This document shows, piece by piece, positions 11,601 to 25,428 of a stretch of DNA of 64,000 bases. This DNA comes from Oikopleura dioica (taxonomy: Eukaryota; Animalia; Chordata). A model generated the notes under the pieces. That model did not search any database. It saw only the letters and a program-made list of their open reading frames with translations, and was not told where the DNA came from. Made by a program: the position numbers and the translations under genes. The stretch spans positions 8,370,001 to 8,434,000 of the forward strand of contig OU015568.1 in NCBI GenBank assembly GCA_907165135.1. Reading direction: 5' to 3'. Each line of letters begins with the position of its first letter. Within the stretch, counting starts at the first letter, position 1.

Positions 11601-14142
11601 AACAGACGGTACCCTCTTCATTCCAAAAGCTCGATTAGAGGACAGCGGAACTTACACGTGCATCGCGCAAAGTTATATCAACGATCAGGTGAAGGAAGAT
11701 AAGATGGTTGTTCGAGTCAATGTTATGGAGCAATCTGAATCGCCGCTCGAGCCTTTATCCCCAGACGCGAATCCGGATAATTACAGAGAACAAAATAAAG
11801 AGATCGACAGATTTGCTCTACCACCGGAAAAAGAAAATTATGATGACAAAGACTACAATGACGACGATGATGATGACGACTACGATGACGATGATTACGA
11901 TGACGATGATGATTATGACTCACTAGAAGATCTTTGCCCGGAAGACTGCTATTGTGACAAATTTAATTCAGATAGGTTCATTGACTGCAAAGATGTTGAT
12001 CTGAACACCATCCCAAGTAAGTCAATCACAAAAAACTAGGCCTAAATCAACTTCTAAGAGGATATCGGGGCTATGAACCCTGCACATCTCGACCTTCGCG
12101 ACAACGACATCACAACTATCGATGAAGAATCCCTCGAAAACATGGAAGAGTTGATCGAACTTAACTTGGACGGAAACGAAAATATTCAAATTGACAGAGA
12201 TGATTTCTATGTTCTCGACAGCCTCAAGATCATTACTCTTTCGAAAACTGGGTAAGTGAGCTCATAAAAACTCTTAATAACATTTTGATCAAGGCTATCA
12301 CAGATTGGCTCGATGTTTATGGATATGGACAGCTTGGAGAAAGTTGTGCTTACAAACAATAATCTCAGATCTCTTCATCGAGTTAATTTTCAAGATTTGA
12401 CAAATCTTCAAAAACTTTATCTTGGGAATAATCAGGTAAACGATCATATTTTTCAGTGAAACTAAATGGCATCGTAGATTGACACCATCGATCCGGAGAC
12501 CTTCCTTTCTCTCCACAATCTTAAGTATCTCTACCTGGCCAACAATAGAATCCACCGAATCGACCCTCTCTGGTTCTCGGCTTTCACCGATCCGATCATA
12601 ATCCGAGTCGACCTGAAAGGCAACCCTATTGCCTGCGATTGCCAATCTCTCGGTGGGTTTTCTGACTATGTTAGAACCCATGACTGGCTGTTGGATCCTG
12701 TCCTGGATATTGATGGAGAGACCTGTTTTTATCAAGGAAAAGAAGTCGACTTGCTTGATGCTATTGATGAAATAATTGATGAAAAAGAGGAGAATCCAAA
12801 ATTCTGCGAAGAAAGTGATGAACGCGACCGAGTTCGTAAGCCCATCAAATAATATATCGGATAAAATAAAATATTTCAGAGGCAAAGGCGAAGCTTGACG
12901 AGGACATGAAGCTCGAGCGAATTAAAGAAGCAATAGCCGAACAAGAAAAGAACCAAAAAGCAAATGTTCTCCGTCCAATCGACGATAGGATCGGCTCCGA
13001 CTACAACATCGATGATCACGCGACAGATCATTTTGAGACTATCACTCAAAGTAAATCTACGCAGAAAATCAGCAACACTCACTGGGTCATCACTACTTTT
13101 CTGTCCTTCGTCGGAGTGTTCCTTTTTGTTACGTTCAAGCGCTGGAGAAACTACTTCCTCCGATGTATTTTCAACCTCTGCGCGGATAATAACTCCCTCC
13201 AGCAAATTCTAGCGCGGACGGGAGGAGGCGACAGACCTTATTATAGACCTAGCTATTCATATTCATTTACTGACAGAGCGTCAAGTCGAGAGACATTGAT
13301 TTAACTATTGAGCTAGAATAGATGGCTCATTTCGGAGATAACCCGCCAAAATAGCAGCCTAATTATGCCTCACGATCAACATGTATTTATCCCTTATTAT
13401 CTGATTCGCAAATTTCTGTATAAATAGATCGCGGGCGTAAAACACCAGGCTGCGCTAGAATTGCTCCAAAAATAGTTCCCTATCTAATTCTACTTCTACC
13501 AGTGCCTTATTCCTTCATTGAATGCCGCAAAACCAATTTTACTTTTCGCAATACTTATCAATCATTTACTGCAATAAATTTTTTGCAAAAAAACTAAACT
13601 TACCTCGCGGGATTTAGGCGTGTCTCGGTAGGGCTCGTAAAGGACTACCAATCGATTCACGTATTTTGAAAGAAAGTCTCCTTTGATTTTGTCTGCAACG
13701 GAAGAGCGGATTTGAAGCTTTCTCTCGCCATTTACTATTTATGAAAATTGATATTTGAGATTTGAATTTTGTTACTTACCGATGATTATGAGAAAGTTGG
13801 AATTATTCTCTTCAATAGTTTTGAACCAATTTGCGATGTCATTTTTAACCGTTCTCTTGTACACATCCACATCATTGCAAGTGACGAAGTAGATATGAAG
13901 ATAGGGGACGGTAGATAGTGATGTTGAGCGGAACTGCGTGGGATCAAAAGGGATGAACTGGGTAAAGAATATTTTGAAGAAATGAGGCGGAAATAACTGA
14001 CCTGGAACTGGAGGCGAAGTTGAGTCTGAGAACGAGAATGAACAAAGTTGTTTTTGATGGACTGATTGCGTATTAGCCGCTTGATTGTCTTGCAGAGTTC
14101 AGTGCCTTCCCCATCGTATGTACACAACAATCTGCGTTTCAT
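5671..14142 (-). CDS. TRAPPC10: TRAPP II subunit TRAPPC10/Trs130, with large introns at 10203-13603 and ~6127-7035
   Basis: PYLHIYFVTCNDVDVYKRTVKNDIANW (~13800-13900); SSVADKIKGDF...KSRE spliced to SWATLCDRII; WDFCKFFLLQEE; DALIQYDELDAM; GRVRTGILVGRDLAKF; C-terminal WGISGLTSGV...LMPLFMGDLRLP. Phases are consistent at the junctions checked. Confidence 0.92.
6198..6986 (+). CDS. Divergent syntaxin-like (Qa-SNARE-like) tail-anchored protein nested antisense in a TRAPPC10 intron; predicted intron 6652-6723
   Basis: The spliced product KKLEDKLDLTLELFMKLNALEKESSMRLTRIDDVCANTIAFTEAGNEFLEKALDDKHSADAKK plus a C-terminal TM follows the syntaxin H3 pattern; helical N-terminal region. Confidence 0.7.
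10447..13304 (+). CDS. Type I membrane protein LRRNT-LRR-LRRCT-Ig-acidic linker-LRRNT-LRR-LRRCT-TM, nested antisense in the TRAPPC10 intron
   Basis: CPSWCEC, LxxLxLxxN repeats, NQINCNC, Ig (IPCFARGEP...DSGTYTCIA), D/Y-rich tract, CPEDCYC, NPIACDC, TM WVITTFLSFVGVFLFVTF. Confidence 0.88.
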
Positions 14143-14570
14143 CTTTCTCCGTTTCAATCAACTACAGCCTCATCGTTTTCTATCCCAGTCCACTGAAATC
14201 AAGGAAGACTAACTCAAGAATCATAGCAACTTGATTTTTATAGTGGAACTCTTTTGGATATAATAGACTATTTTAACAAAAGTTGAAACAAAAAATACAG
14301 TTTTCTTTAAACAATGATTCGTAACGGCGATATTTCAAAAATTAATCTAAGGCACCTTCTCTTCTTTTCATGAGGATACATTTTTATCTGTTGACTTTTG
14401 GAACTTGATTGGTAGTAATTGCACAGTGTTGATAGTGACAGTAGAAGTTAGTAGAACTTTGAATTGATGATAGGCAAGAAAGCAAGAAATACAGAAGTAA
14501 TATTACAGAGTTTTATTTAGATAAAAATGATGGCTTTAGTTTTTGTGAAGTTGGGATAATAATTTCGGTT

Positions 14571-17170
<2,600 letters not shown>

Positions 17171-17451
17171 GGACTCTTCTCTCTCTTTTCTTTTCTTCTA
17201 CTTCCTTCTTTTCAATGATTCGACTAGCCACATACTAACTGTATCTCGATTTCTCTATCTTAAAAAATTCAAAACGTAAAGATTGGCTCTAGCGTGCCTG
17301 GGGGTGGCCAGGCCAGTGCGCGCAGAAGTAAATAATAAAGAAGGATGATCCGCTTATAAATTGTTACACAACCGGTATTTCTTGTGCTATTTATCAACCA
17401 GGCAGTTCAACCTTTTAACTAACCGCCAAGGCGATGGATTTTGGCTTTGCT

Positions 17452-18367
17452 TCACTCCGCCTTCCGCTTTTCACCACGTCGGTCTTCGAACCCTCCTTCA
17501 AGAAAAAAAAATTTGATAGCGCTGATAAAAACGTACCGTAAAACACCTGAAATCGGTGATTCAGCGCCGGCAGAGTATGAATAGATTCTCGAGTTCCGCA
17601 AGAGCCATCAGTGCCGCATTTTTTCACAAAAAACAATCGTTTGATACGAGAATGACTCAAAGCCATCGAGCACATCAGACACGGCTCTCTATACATGTAG
17701 ACTTCCAAACCCGTTAGAATGTATTCTCCCATTCCAGCTGCTTTCGCTACGAGATTGAGCGCTACATGGCCGAGGGGATTCTTCTTTATATCTTCCAAAG
17801 CTTCAGTTAGTATATCTGACGAATCTGGCGAGTCCCGGACGAGTATAGCGGCCTGAGGGGGCATTTGCTCGTCTTCCTCGTATTTAAAAGCGTTTTTGGT
17901 CAATAATCCAGTTTTTGAGATGCAAATCGTGTGTAAAAAAGGTAAAATAACATCATCTTAGTCTCATTTGCACCTCTGAACCTAATCACATGCTCTCTCT
18001 TCTCCAACTCTTTCTGAGAAAAATACTTTTTCTCCATCAACTTCGTCGTTTCAATTACATTTGGCAAGTTCAACGGCCAAATGTCATTGGAAACTCGCCA
18101 CTCAACTTGGCTCATCGGCGCTCGTAAAGGTACTTGGACAGCCCTTATATTTTCTCCGACGATTTCTTCGTGCGAAATTAAGACCTCCAGCTTTCCGGAT
18201 TCTTTCTCGGGTCGCACGCGCTTCAAATGCCGGAACTCGGCAATCGCCGGGTATTTTTTAAGGGTTAAGGAAACTTCTTTCTTTTCGGACAAAATCGCAT
18301 ACGCTGTCATGGATTTAGGGAAGTCGCCAACTTCAGGGGAGAGAATGCATTCAGGGTGCGTTAACAT
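17452..18367 (-). CDS. ADAT3: tRNA adenosine-34 deaminase non-catalytic subunit Tad3/ADAT3
   Basis: HLKRVR N-terminal motif; PLGHVAL (no catalytic Glu); YILTGLEVYMYREPCLMCSMALSHSRI; LNHRFQVF. Confidence 0.9.
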
Positions 18368-18850
18368 TCTAAAAGGGTGGTTCGATCAGTTGATATGAAT
18401 CTCCAGGTGACAGACCGCCTGGCACAGACGTCAGTAGACAAGTGCATATTTCCTCCACTTTATCGCCATCTATACGATTGTACTTTGAATAGTATACGTA
18501 TAAAGAGAACAAAAAACATTTTTCCATCATAAAGAAAAAAGTTATTACTTTTGAAATGACGCAAAAGTTCGAATCTGATTGAATGCCGATGATATGTCAA
18601 TAATTACTTAATTGTTCTTGATAAAATGAAAATATTTAGAAATTTGTCAGTCCTAGAAATCTGCAAAACTCAAAAACTCATGACTTTAGTAAAAACAATG
18701 TACCTATATGATATAGGCTATATCTATATAATGATGCGACAATTTGAAATTGATTGTATGCGCTAGTCAAGTCACTGTCCTTATTGTTAAAATACAACCG
18801 TAACATCAGAAATTCCCAAATAATGGTTTTAATAAAGTATTAATTATGAT

Positions 18851-20306
18851 TTATTTAACTAGCTTTCCAGACCAGTACAGTTGAGCATATTGTCTCTGGG
18901 CTTCTGCAACTTTATGATGAGCAAGCTTCTTATTAAAAGAATATCCTTTACTCTCGGCAGCTAAAGAAAGGTTAAATCAATTATATTCAGAAGCATTCTA
19001 CCTCTTAAAAACTCTTCAGCAAGTCGTTCTCTATTGCCCAATCTGTCCAATCCCATATTCATTTTTGCAAGAGGACCTAAAACAAATATATTCCAAAAAG
19101 AGGCGCGAACTCTCTACCTTTTGTGATTGCAAATTCTTTGGTAACATCAGGAGTCTGAGTCGCTTCAATAATCCACCGAAAAGCGTAGTCAATGGCTCTA
19201 GTTTCTTCAATTGGCTTTGGGACGACGATGACTTGTCCGACTGTGCCTTTTCGTATGTGCTGGAAATCAATAGTTGGTCGGACATTATCAATTGCTTGCA
19301 TAACGACTTTGTAGGGGTCCAATTCAATTGATAAAGATGCTTTCTATTATCAGTTTTAGAACTCTATTAACAAAAAATAGAAGAAAACCGAAGCGACTTA
19401 TCGACATTAAAATATGCGATCATCTTCATTTTTAGGTTTATAGAACTGTTCCTTATATTTTTCCATCTTGTCCAGAACCTCTTGATAATGCTCCTCAACT
19501 TCCTTTCCCTTTTCTTTTCCAAATGGGCTCAACGACCCAACTCGTAAATAAATATCATCGGGCAGAAACTTTTCCTTTCCTTCCGATTCTTCTGTTAAAA
19601 TCTGCGCCAATTTCGACTTTATTCGATTTACATTCAAGTCCGTGACAATAAGCAGATCTTCTTCAAGCTTAGCATAATCGTCAAGCGCTGGCTGGTGTTT
19701 CTTCCGCATTTTAGCGACTTTTTCGAGCTGAATTTGACGGATTGAATACATGACGTTTTGCATCATTCCTCGGCGGCCTTTGTCGCGGTTTGTTTGGGCC
19801 CAGCGGTCGTCGAGAAATTTGAGAATTGGGCAGCTGAAGGGGCCGAAGTTAACCGAAGTCTAAAAGTGATGAACTTGAAAAAGCGGCCTTGAAATAGAAC
19901 TTACGTGTAGTGGAACGATTCCAGGATGCTCTCCAGTGCCCGTGTCCTTGGCAAATCTATTCGACGCGTTCTCTTGAGCATCTGCCATCGTCATTCTCGA
20001 TTCAAACTCGTTTGATCGCAAATATCGTTCGCCCTCTTCCTCATCGTAGATTCGTTGGACATTCTTTAAATTCGTGGTTTTGAAGAATTTGTGAACATTG
20101 TATGCGTTGTTGGGCAGCCGTGGGTTCTTTTGCCAGACTGGCTTTTGCTTGGAAATTGGGCTTCCGTACTCGTGAACCGGGTAGTAATTTGGGTTGAATT
20201 TGATGCGCTTCCAGCCGCCGACACGGATTCGTTTTGCGCCTTGCTGGGCATTCGCGCTTTCTACAGTCAGTGATAGGAAACGAGCTGGTCCATTTGTCCG
20301 AAACAT
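18851..20306 (-). CDS. MRPS7: Mitochondrial ribosomal protein uS7m, apparently enlarged
   Basis: DPYKVVMQAIDNVRP...RKG...VP.P...AFRWII; C-terminal KKLAHHKVAEAQRQYAQLYW; PILKF...MMQNVMYSIRQIQ; N-terminal presequence-like segment. Confidence 0.8.
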
Positions 20307-20397
20307 TGTCTAAAAAAGAATCGTTTGTTTATTAAGTCTCTAGATAAAGGATGTCCCAGCAGGTCCCTCACAAATCATCAGATCAAATAAAAACACG

Positions 20398-21674
20398 ATG
20401 AAGATGATGCTAACCGGAGTTATTTTCTCCTCTTGTTTTCTACCGAGTTGTGCCGAGATTTTCAATAGAGAGGAGATTTGTAAGGACAGGTTTTGCACCC
20501 TTTGCTACAACATCATCAACTACGAAGAGTCTACTGAATACAGTGAGTCACTTATTGAAGGATGTTACGAATTGCTGGACATGAGCAACTGCTGCAGCAT
20601 CTATATCAATGGACAAGGAAAAGTTCAAAATATTAATCTGCGTTGCTTGAGGAAAATAAGATATAGAATTCATTAGGAATTTTTCAAGGGTCTGTCATAT
20701 CAAGGGTGGTGTCGGATGATATGCAGGATCTTGAAGACCTGTTTAACAAAAAGCACGATGTCATCTCGAACAAGTAAGATAACAATTTACTCTACCAGCA
20801 AAAAGTGATTCTAGGACTGACTCATCGGAGTCGACTGAAGCAGATACAAGCAGTTCTGGCCAGAAGATTGAAGTTCCGTGGGGAAAACTCATTATTGGAT
20901 TTATGTGCGGAGCGATTTTTGCAGTCATACAAGCGGCTGTACAAGAATTTCTGGGTAGGCTTCATTTGCACAATAGCTTCATTTGCACAGAGCCTCATCT
21001 GCACAAGAGCTTCATTTGCACAATATGTGCAAAAGAGGCTTTTGTGCCAGTGAGGCTCTGTGCTAATGAGGGTTTCGATTCCGTGGGCTTTTTCAATGAA
21101 TGCTTATTGGCTGCCGACGATACTATTTTTCTTCGGAAAATTTTTCAAATAAGGTAAAAATCATTCTTAGCAGATCACAACTTATTTTGTGTTCTCTATG
21201 AAGTTCTTAGTTCATAGTATGAACCCTTCTTAATAATCAATCGATTTTAAACTCATTTGTGTTTATTATGAAATTGGTTCTGGCTGAAACTTACTGCTAT
21301 GTTCAAAAATGGAGATGAGTCAACGCGACATACTCGTAGTTTTCTGGCGTCTGGCAGACCTACTCCATACAATCAAACTTTTCATTTAACTCTTCCAGAT
21401 AATTTAATTACACCTATGTTTGACTAAAGATACAAAAAACTTGATAAAATAGTTGCGTCAAATAAACAAGTTTTAATTTTCTCAAAATATTTTTCAACAT
21501 TTCAATTTTTTTCATAAAAAATAAAATTTGACACTCATTTGTCCAAGAGCCTCACTGGCACAAAAGCCTCGTCTGCACAGAATGTGCAAATGAAGCTCTT
21601 GTGCAGATGAAGCTCTGTGCAAATGAAGCTATTGTGCAAATGAATCCTACCCAGAATTTCTCGATGAAAACTGA
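20398..21674 (+). CDS. Small Cys-rich type I membrane protein of unknown family; last exon interrupted by a MULE-type MITE
   Basis: Signal-like N-terminus, C-x4-C-x2-C...C...CC domain, predicted introns 20618-20676 (GA-AG) and 20774-20814, S/T stalk, TM WGKLIIGFMCGAIFAVIQAAV, empty-site ending QEFLDEN*. Confidence 0.6.
20953..21652. mobile_element. MULE-type MITE (700 bp)
   Basis: Termini GGGTAGG / CCTACCC; ~120 bp TIRs built of AGCTTCATTTGCACA repeats; 9-bp TSD AGAATTTCT at 20944-20952 and 21653-21661. Confidence 0.92.
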
Positions 21675-21763
21675 AAATGCAGATCATTTCTAAATCATAA
21701 TTTTGTCGAAAGTTTTTATTGAAAAGACTCTTTTCAAAAGAGAAAAAATATCGAACTGAGTTT

Positions 21764-24700
21764 TCAATATTTCCATGGCGGATTAAAAAGTCGTTTCTGA
21801 TAATAACCATCAAGATTTTTGTAGCGCTCGTCGAGATCGAAGACATCGTCGAAATCGAGTTTCTTAATAAAATGCTCCCCGTCTTTTCTTTTCAAATATG
21901 CGTTGTAATAGTTCGAGTATTCGTAAAGCGCTTCGTTCGGACTTATTCCTCTTCTTTTTGCGAAATATTCAATGTCGTTTTTCAGCTCTTGTCTGATCTT
22001 GTCTGTTTGGTACTGATAGTTGTTTCGCATGAAGTGGGTGCCGATGAAAATTAATGCAAGGACGAAGATAATTCTGACTGCACCAGGGATGGATAATTTG
22101 ATTTCAAAATGTTTTTCCATTTTTCGGAGGGATGGAATTCCAGTTTTTCCATTTTTTCCATTTTGGAATGAGAAATTATTCCATTTTCCACTTTTCCCAA
22201 AAAACGGTCTGCTCATTTTCGGAATATGGGATTTCCATTTTTTTGGGATTCCAGTTATTCCACAGTGAGAAATATGTATTTTTGGAAAATGGGATTCCAG
22301 TTATTCCATTTTTTAATTTCAGTTATTTCATTTTAAAACTCTGATCTGCAAAATTGGCGAAACATGGGATTTTCAAGTACTGAAGGGCCGTTTCCCCCCC
22401 TTCCCTGGCTTTAAATTTTAAATGGGCTTGACGGCCCGAAGGGCCGTTTCCCCCCCTTCCCTGGCTTTAAATTTTAAATGGGCTTGACGGCCCGAAGGGC
22501 CGTTTCCCCCCCTTCCCTGGCTTTAAATTTTAAATGGGCTTGACGGCCCGAAGGGCCGTTTCCCTTCCCTGGCTTTAAATTTTAAATGGGCTTGACGGCC
22601 CGAAGGGCCGTTTCCCCTTCCCTGGCTTTAAATTTTAAATGGGCTTGACGGCCCGAAGGGCCGTTTCCCCTTCCCTGGCTTTAAATTTTAAATGGGCTTG
22701 ACGGCCCGAAGGGCCGTTTCCCCTTCCCTGGCTTTAAATTTTAAATGGGCTTGACGGCCCGAAGGGCCGTTTCCCCTTCCCTGGCTTTAAATTTTAAATG
22801 GGCTTGACGGCCCGAAGGGCCGTTTCCCCTTCCCTGGCTTTAAATTTTAAATGGGCTTGACGGCCCGAAGGGCCGTTTCCCCTTCCCTGGCTTTAAATTT
22901 TAAATGGGCTTGACGGCCCGAAGGGCCGTTTCCCCCCCTTCCCTGGCTTTAAATTTTAAATGGGCTTGACGGCCCGAAGGGCCGTTTCCCCCCCTTCCCT
23001 GGCTTTAAATTTTAAATGGGCTTGACGGCCCGAAGGGCCGTTTCCCCCCCTTCCCTGGCTTTAAATTTTAAATGGGCTTGACGGCCCGAAGGGCCGTTTC
23101 CCCCTTCCTGGCTTTAAATTTTAAATGGGCTTGACGGCCCGAAGGGCCGTTTCCCCTTCCCTGGCTTTAAATTTTAAATGGGCTTGACGGCCCGAAGGGC
23201 CGTTTCCCCCCCTTCCCTGGCTTTAAATTTTAAATGGGCTTGACGGCCCGAAGGGCCGTTTCCCCCCCTTCCCTGGCTTTAAATTTTAAATGGGCTTGAC
23301 GGCCCGAAGGGCCGTTTCCCCCCCTTCCCTGGCTTTAAATTTTAAATGGGCTTGACGGCCCGAAGGGCCGTTTCCCCCCCTTCCCTGGCTTTAAATTTTA
23401 AATGGGCTTGACGGCCCGAAGGGCCGTTTCCCCTTCCCTGGCTTTAAATTTTAAATGGGCTTGACGGCCCGAAGGGCCGTTTCCCCTTCCTGGCTTTAAA
23501 TTTTAAATGGGCTTGACGGCCCGAAGGGCCGTTTCCCCTTCCCTGGCTTTAAATTTTAAATGGGCTTGACGGCCCGAAGGGCCGTTTCCCCTTCCCTGGC
23601 TTTAAATTTTAAATGGGCTTGACGGCCCGAAGGGCCGTTTCCCCTTCCCTGGCTTTAAATTTTAAATGGGCTTGACGGCCCGAAGGGCCGTTTCCCTTCC
23701 CTGGCTTTAAATTTTAAATGGGCTTGACGGCCCGAAGGGCCGTTTCCCCTTCCCTGGCTTTAAATTTTAAATGGGCTTGACGGCCCGAAGGGCCGTTTCC
23801 CCTTCCCTGGCTTTAAATTTTAAATGGGCTTGACGGCCCGAAGGGCCGTTTCCCCTTCCCTGGCTTTAAATTTTAAATGGGCTTGACGGCCCGAAGGGCC
23901 GTTTCCCTTCCCTGGCTTTAAATTTTAAATGGGCTTGACGGCCCGAAGGGCCGTTTCCCCTTCCCTGGCTTTAAATTTTAAATGGGCTTGACAAAGGCAG
24001 CGAACATTCACCTTATATGTTCGGAAAAATGGCTTCTTTCCCCAACCCCGCCCTCACCCATTCTTTATAAAAATCAAATTGGTTCTTGTTGAACAATTCT
24101 TATGGTTTATTTTTTAGATCCTTGTTATTTTTATTTATTTGAGTTCTGCCGAGGTAAGGGGTTCTCGAGCGCTAAGTATTCGCAATCAATAAGTTTAAAA
24201 TGAAAACGGAAAATGGAATCATTCCTTATTCCATTTTTCAAATCTGGATTTTTCGTTGCCCTATCAAATTCGGAATTCGGAATGAAAAATTATTCCTTTT
24301 TTCCATTTGAAAAAATAGGATTCCAAAATGGGATTCGTCTTCATTCCGATTTCGGCAAAATGGAAAAACTGGAATCCCGCCTTTTAGAAAAATGGAAAAA
24401 CTTTTTGAAATCAAAATATCCACCCCTGGACTGCACTCTCGCGGGCCGTATTCAATTCTGCTGCTGCTTTTCTGAAATGATTGGGAAATAGATTTTATTC
24501 GCGATTTTGTACGCAAGGACCTTCTACGATCTTTAAAATAATGCGTACCGGTACTTTCAGGTTTCATTTTATTCCGAGGTTTTGTTGGCGCTCCAACAGT
24601 TCCAAGTTGAAACTTTCAACGGTAATTGGTTACAAGTGAAACAAATCTTCTAAGAAAAATACATTAAAATGTAGCATTTTAATACTGGTGATCAGTCGTT

Positions 24701-25250
24701 TTGTTAATACGAAAGAAAAAGAAATATCTGTCTTCATTTTTAAATGAATACAGCGAGTTTGATGCCCTTATCCGCCTTCTTATTAAGAAAAATTTGAGCA
24801 AGAGCGACAATCTGTTTTCCAATCAAACCAAAATTTGGTTACCAAATACCTATTTTTGCAAGGTGCATATCAATCTTATCATTCTTATCGTCCGTTTATC
24901 TACTGCTATAGCACGGAACATCTGTTCATAAAAGCCCCTGTTGAGTTTTTTTCCAAAACCAACCTTTGAGCTTCCCGATGAGCGGCAACATGAGGGCTTT
25001 CCTCGCTTCTTCCCGCCGCTGCTCTGGAATACGGCCTTGTTCTCAGCTCTTCCAACACTTCATACGCTTCTTTCAACTCCTGGAACTTCGCTTCGTCTCC
25101 AGTAGGCATGTCTGGATGAAGAACACGGGATTTGTCCTTATACGCCTTCTTGAGTGCATCTTTAGACGGGTTCGCTTCAAGCTCTAGGATTCTGGCATTT
25201 TTGAATTTGCGAAAGAGGAATGATCTGGCACCTGAGAGCAGTTGCTTCAT
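21764..25250 (-). CDS. J-domain (DnaJ/Hsp40) protein with probable C-terminal TM; last exon interrupted by a hAT element
   Basis: LKKAYKDKSRVLHPD...KFQELKEAYEVL J-domain in ORF 24906-25250; the empty site gives an open frame KAAAELNTARESAVRIIFVLALIFIGTHF...PPWKY*. The exons linking the two parts are not resolved. Confidence 0.6.
22084..24428. mobile_element. hAT-family non-autonomous element (2345 bp) carrying a minisatellite
   Basis: Termini CAGGGATGGA / TCCACCCCTG (Ac-like CAGGGATG); 8-bp TSD GACTGCAC at 22076-22083 and 24429-24436; subterminal TTCCATTTT repeats in inverted arrangement. Confidence 0.92.
22382..23992. repeat. Minisatellite 1, ~30 copies of a 52-56 bp unit with an ACGGCCC-GAA-GGGCCGT hairpin
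   Basis: Unit TTGACGGCCCGAAGGGCCGTTTCCCCTTCCCTGGCTTTAAATTTTAAATGGGC; variation almost only in C-run length. Confidence 0.97.
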
Positions 25251-25428
25251 TCATGAAACGGTGGGAGATTCGTGGGAGGGTCAAACGAGTCCGATTTAGG
25301 CATATTCTGAGCATCTGAGAATGAATAGTAAATAATTTATTACATAATGAATTTACTGGATAAAAGATAGTACAGAAATAACGAAAAAGAATAAATGAAG
25401 AATAGGTGTATGTGACTTTTGATCATGT

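Noticed and set aside
11845-11870. FLAG-tag-like DYNDDDD suggesting an engineered sequence
   Set aside because: It is part of a natural GAY/TAY low-complexity tract, is not DYKDDDDK, and no vector sequence is present.
22382-23992. CRISPR array (palindromic repeats at regular spacing, also 46344-50278)
   Set aside because: The spacers are identical copies rather than unique, no cas genes are present, and the context is eukaryotic.
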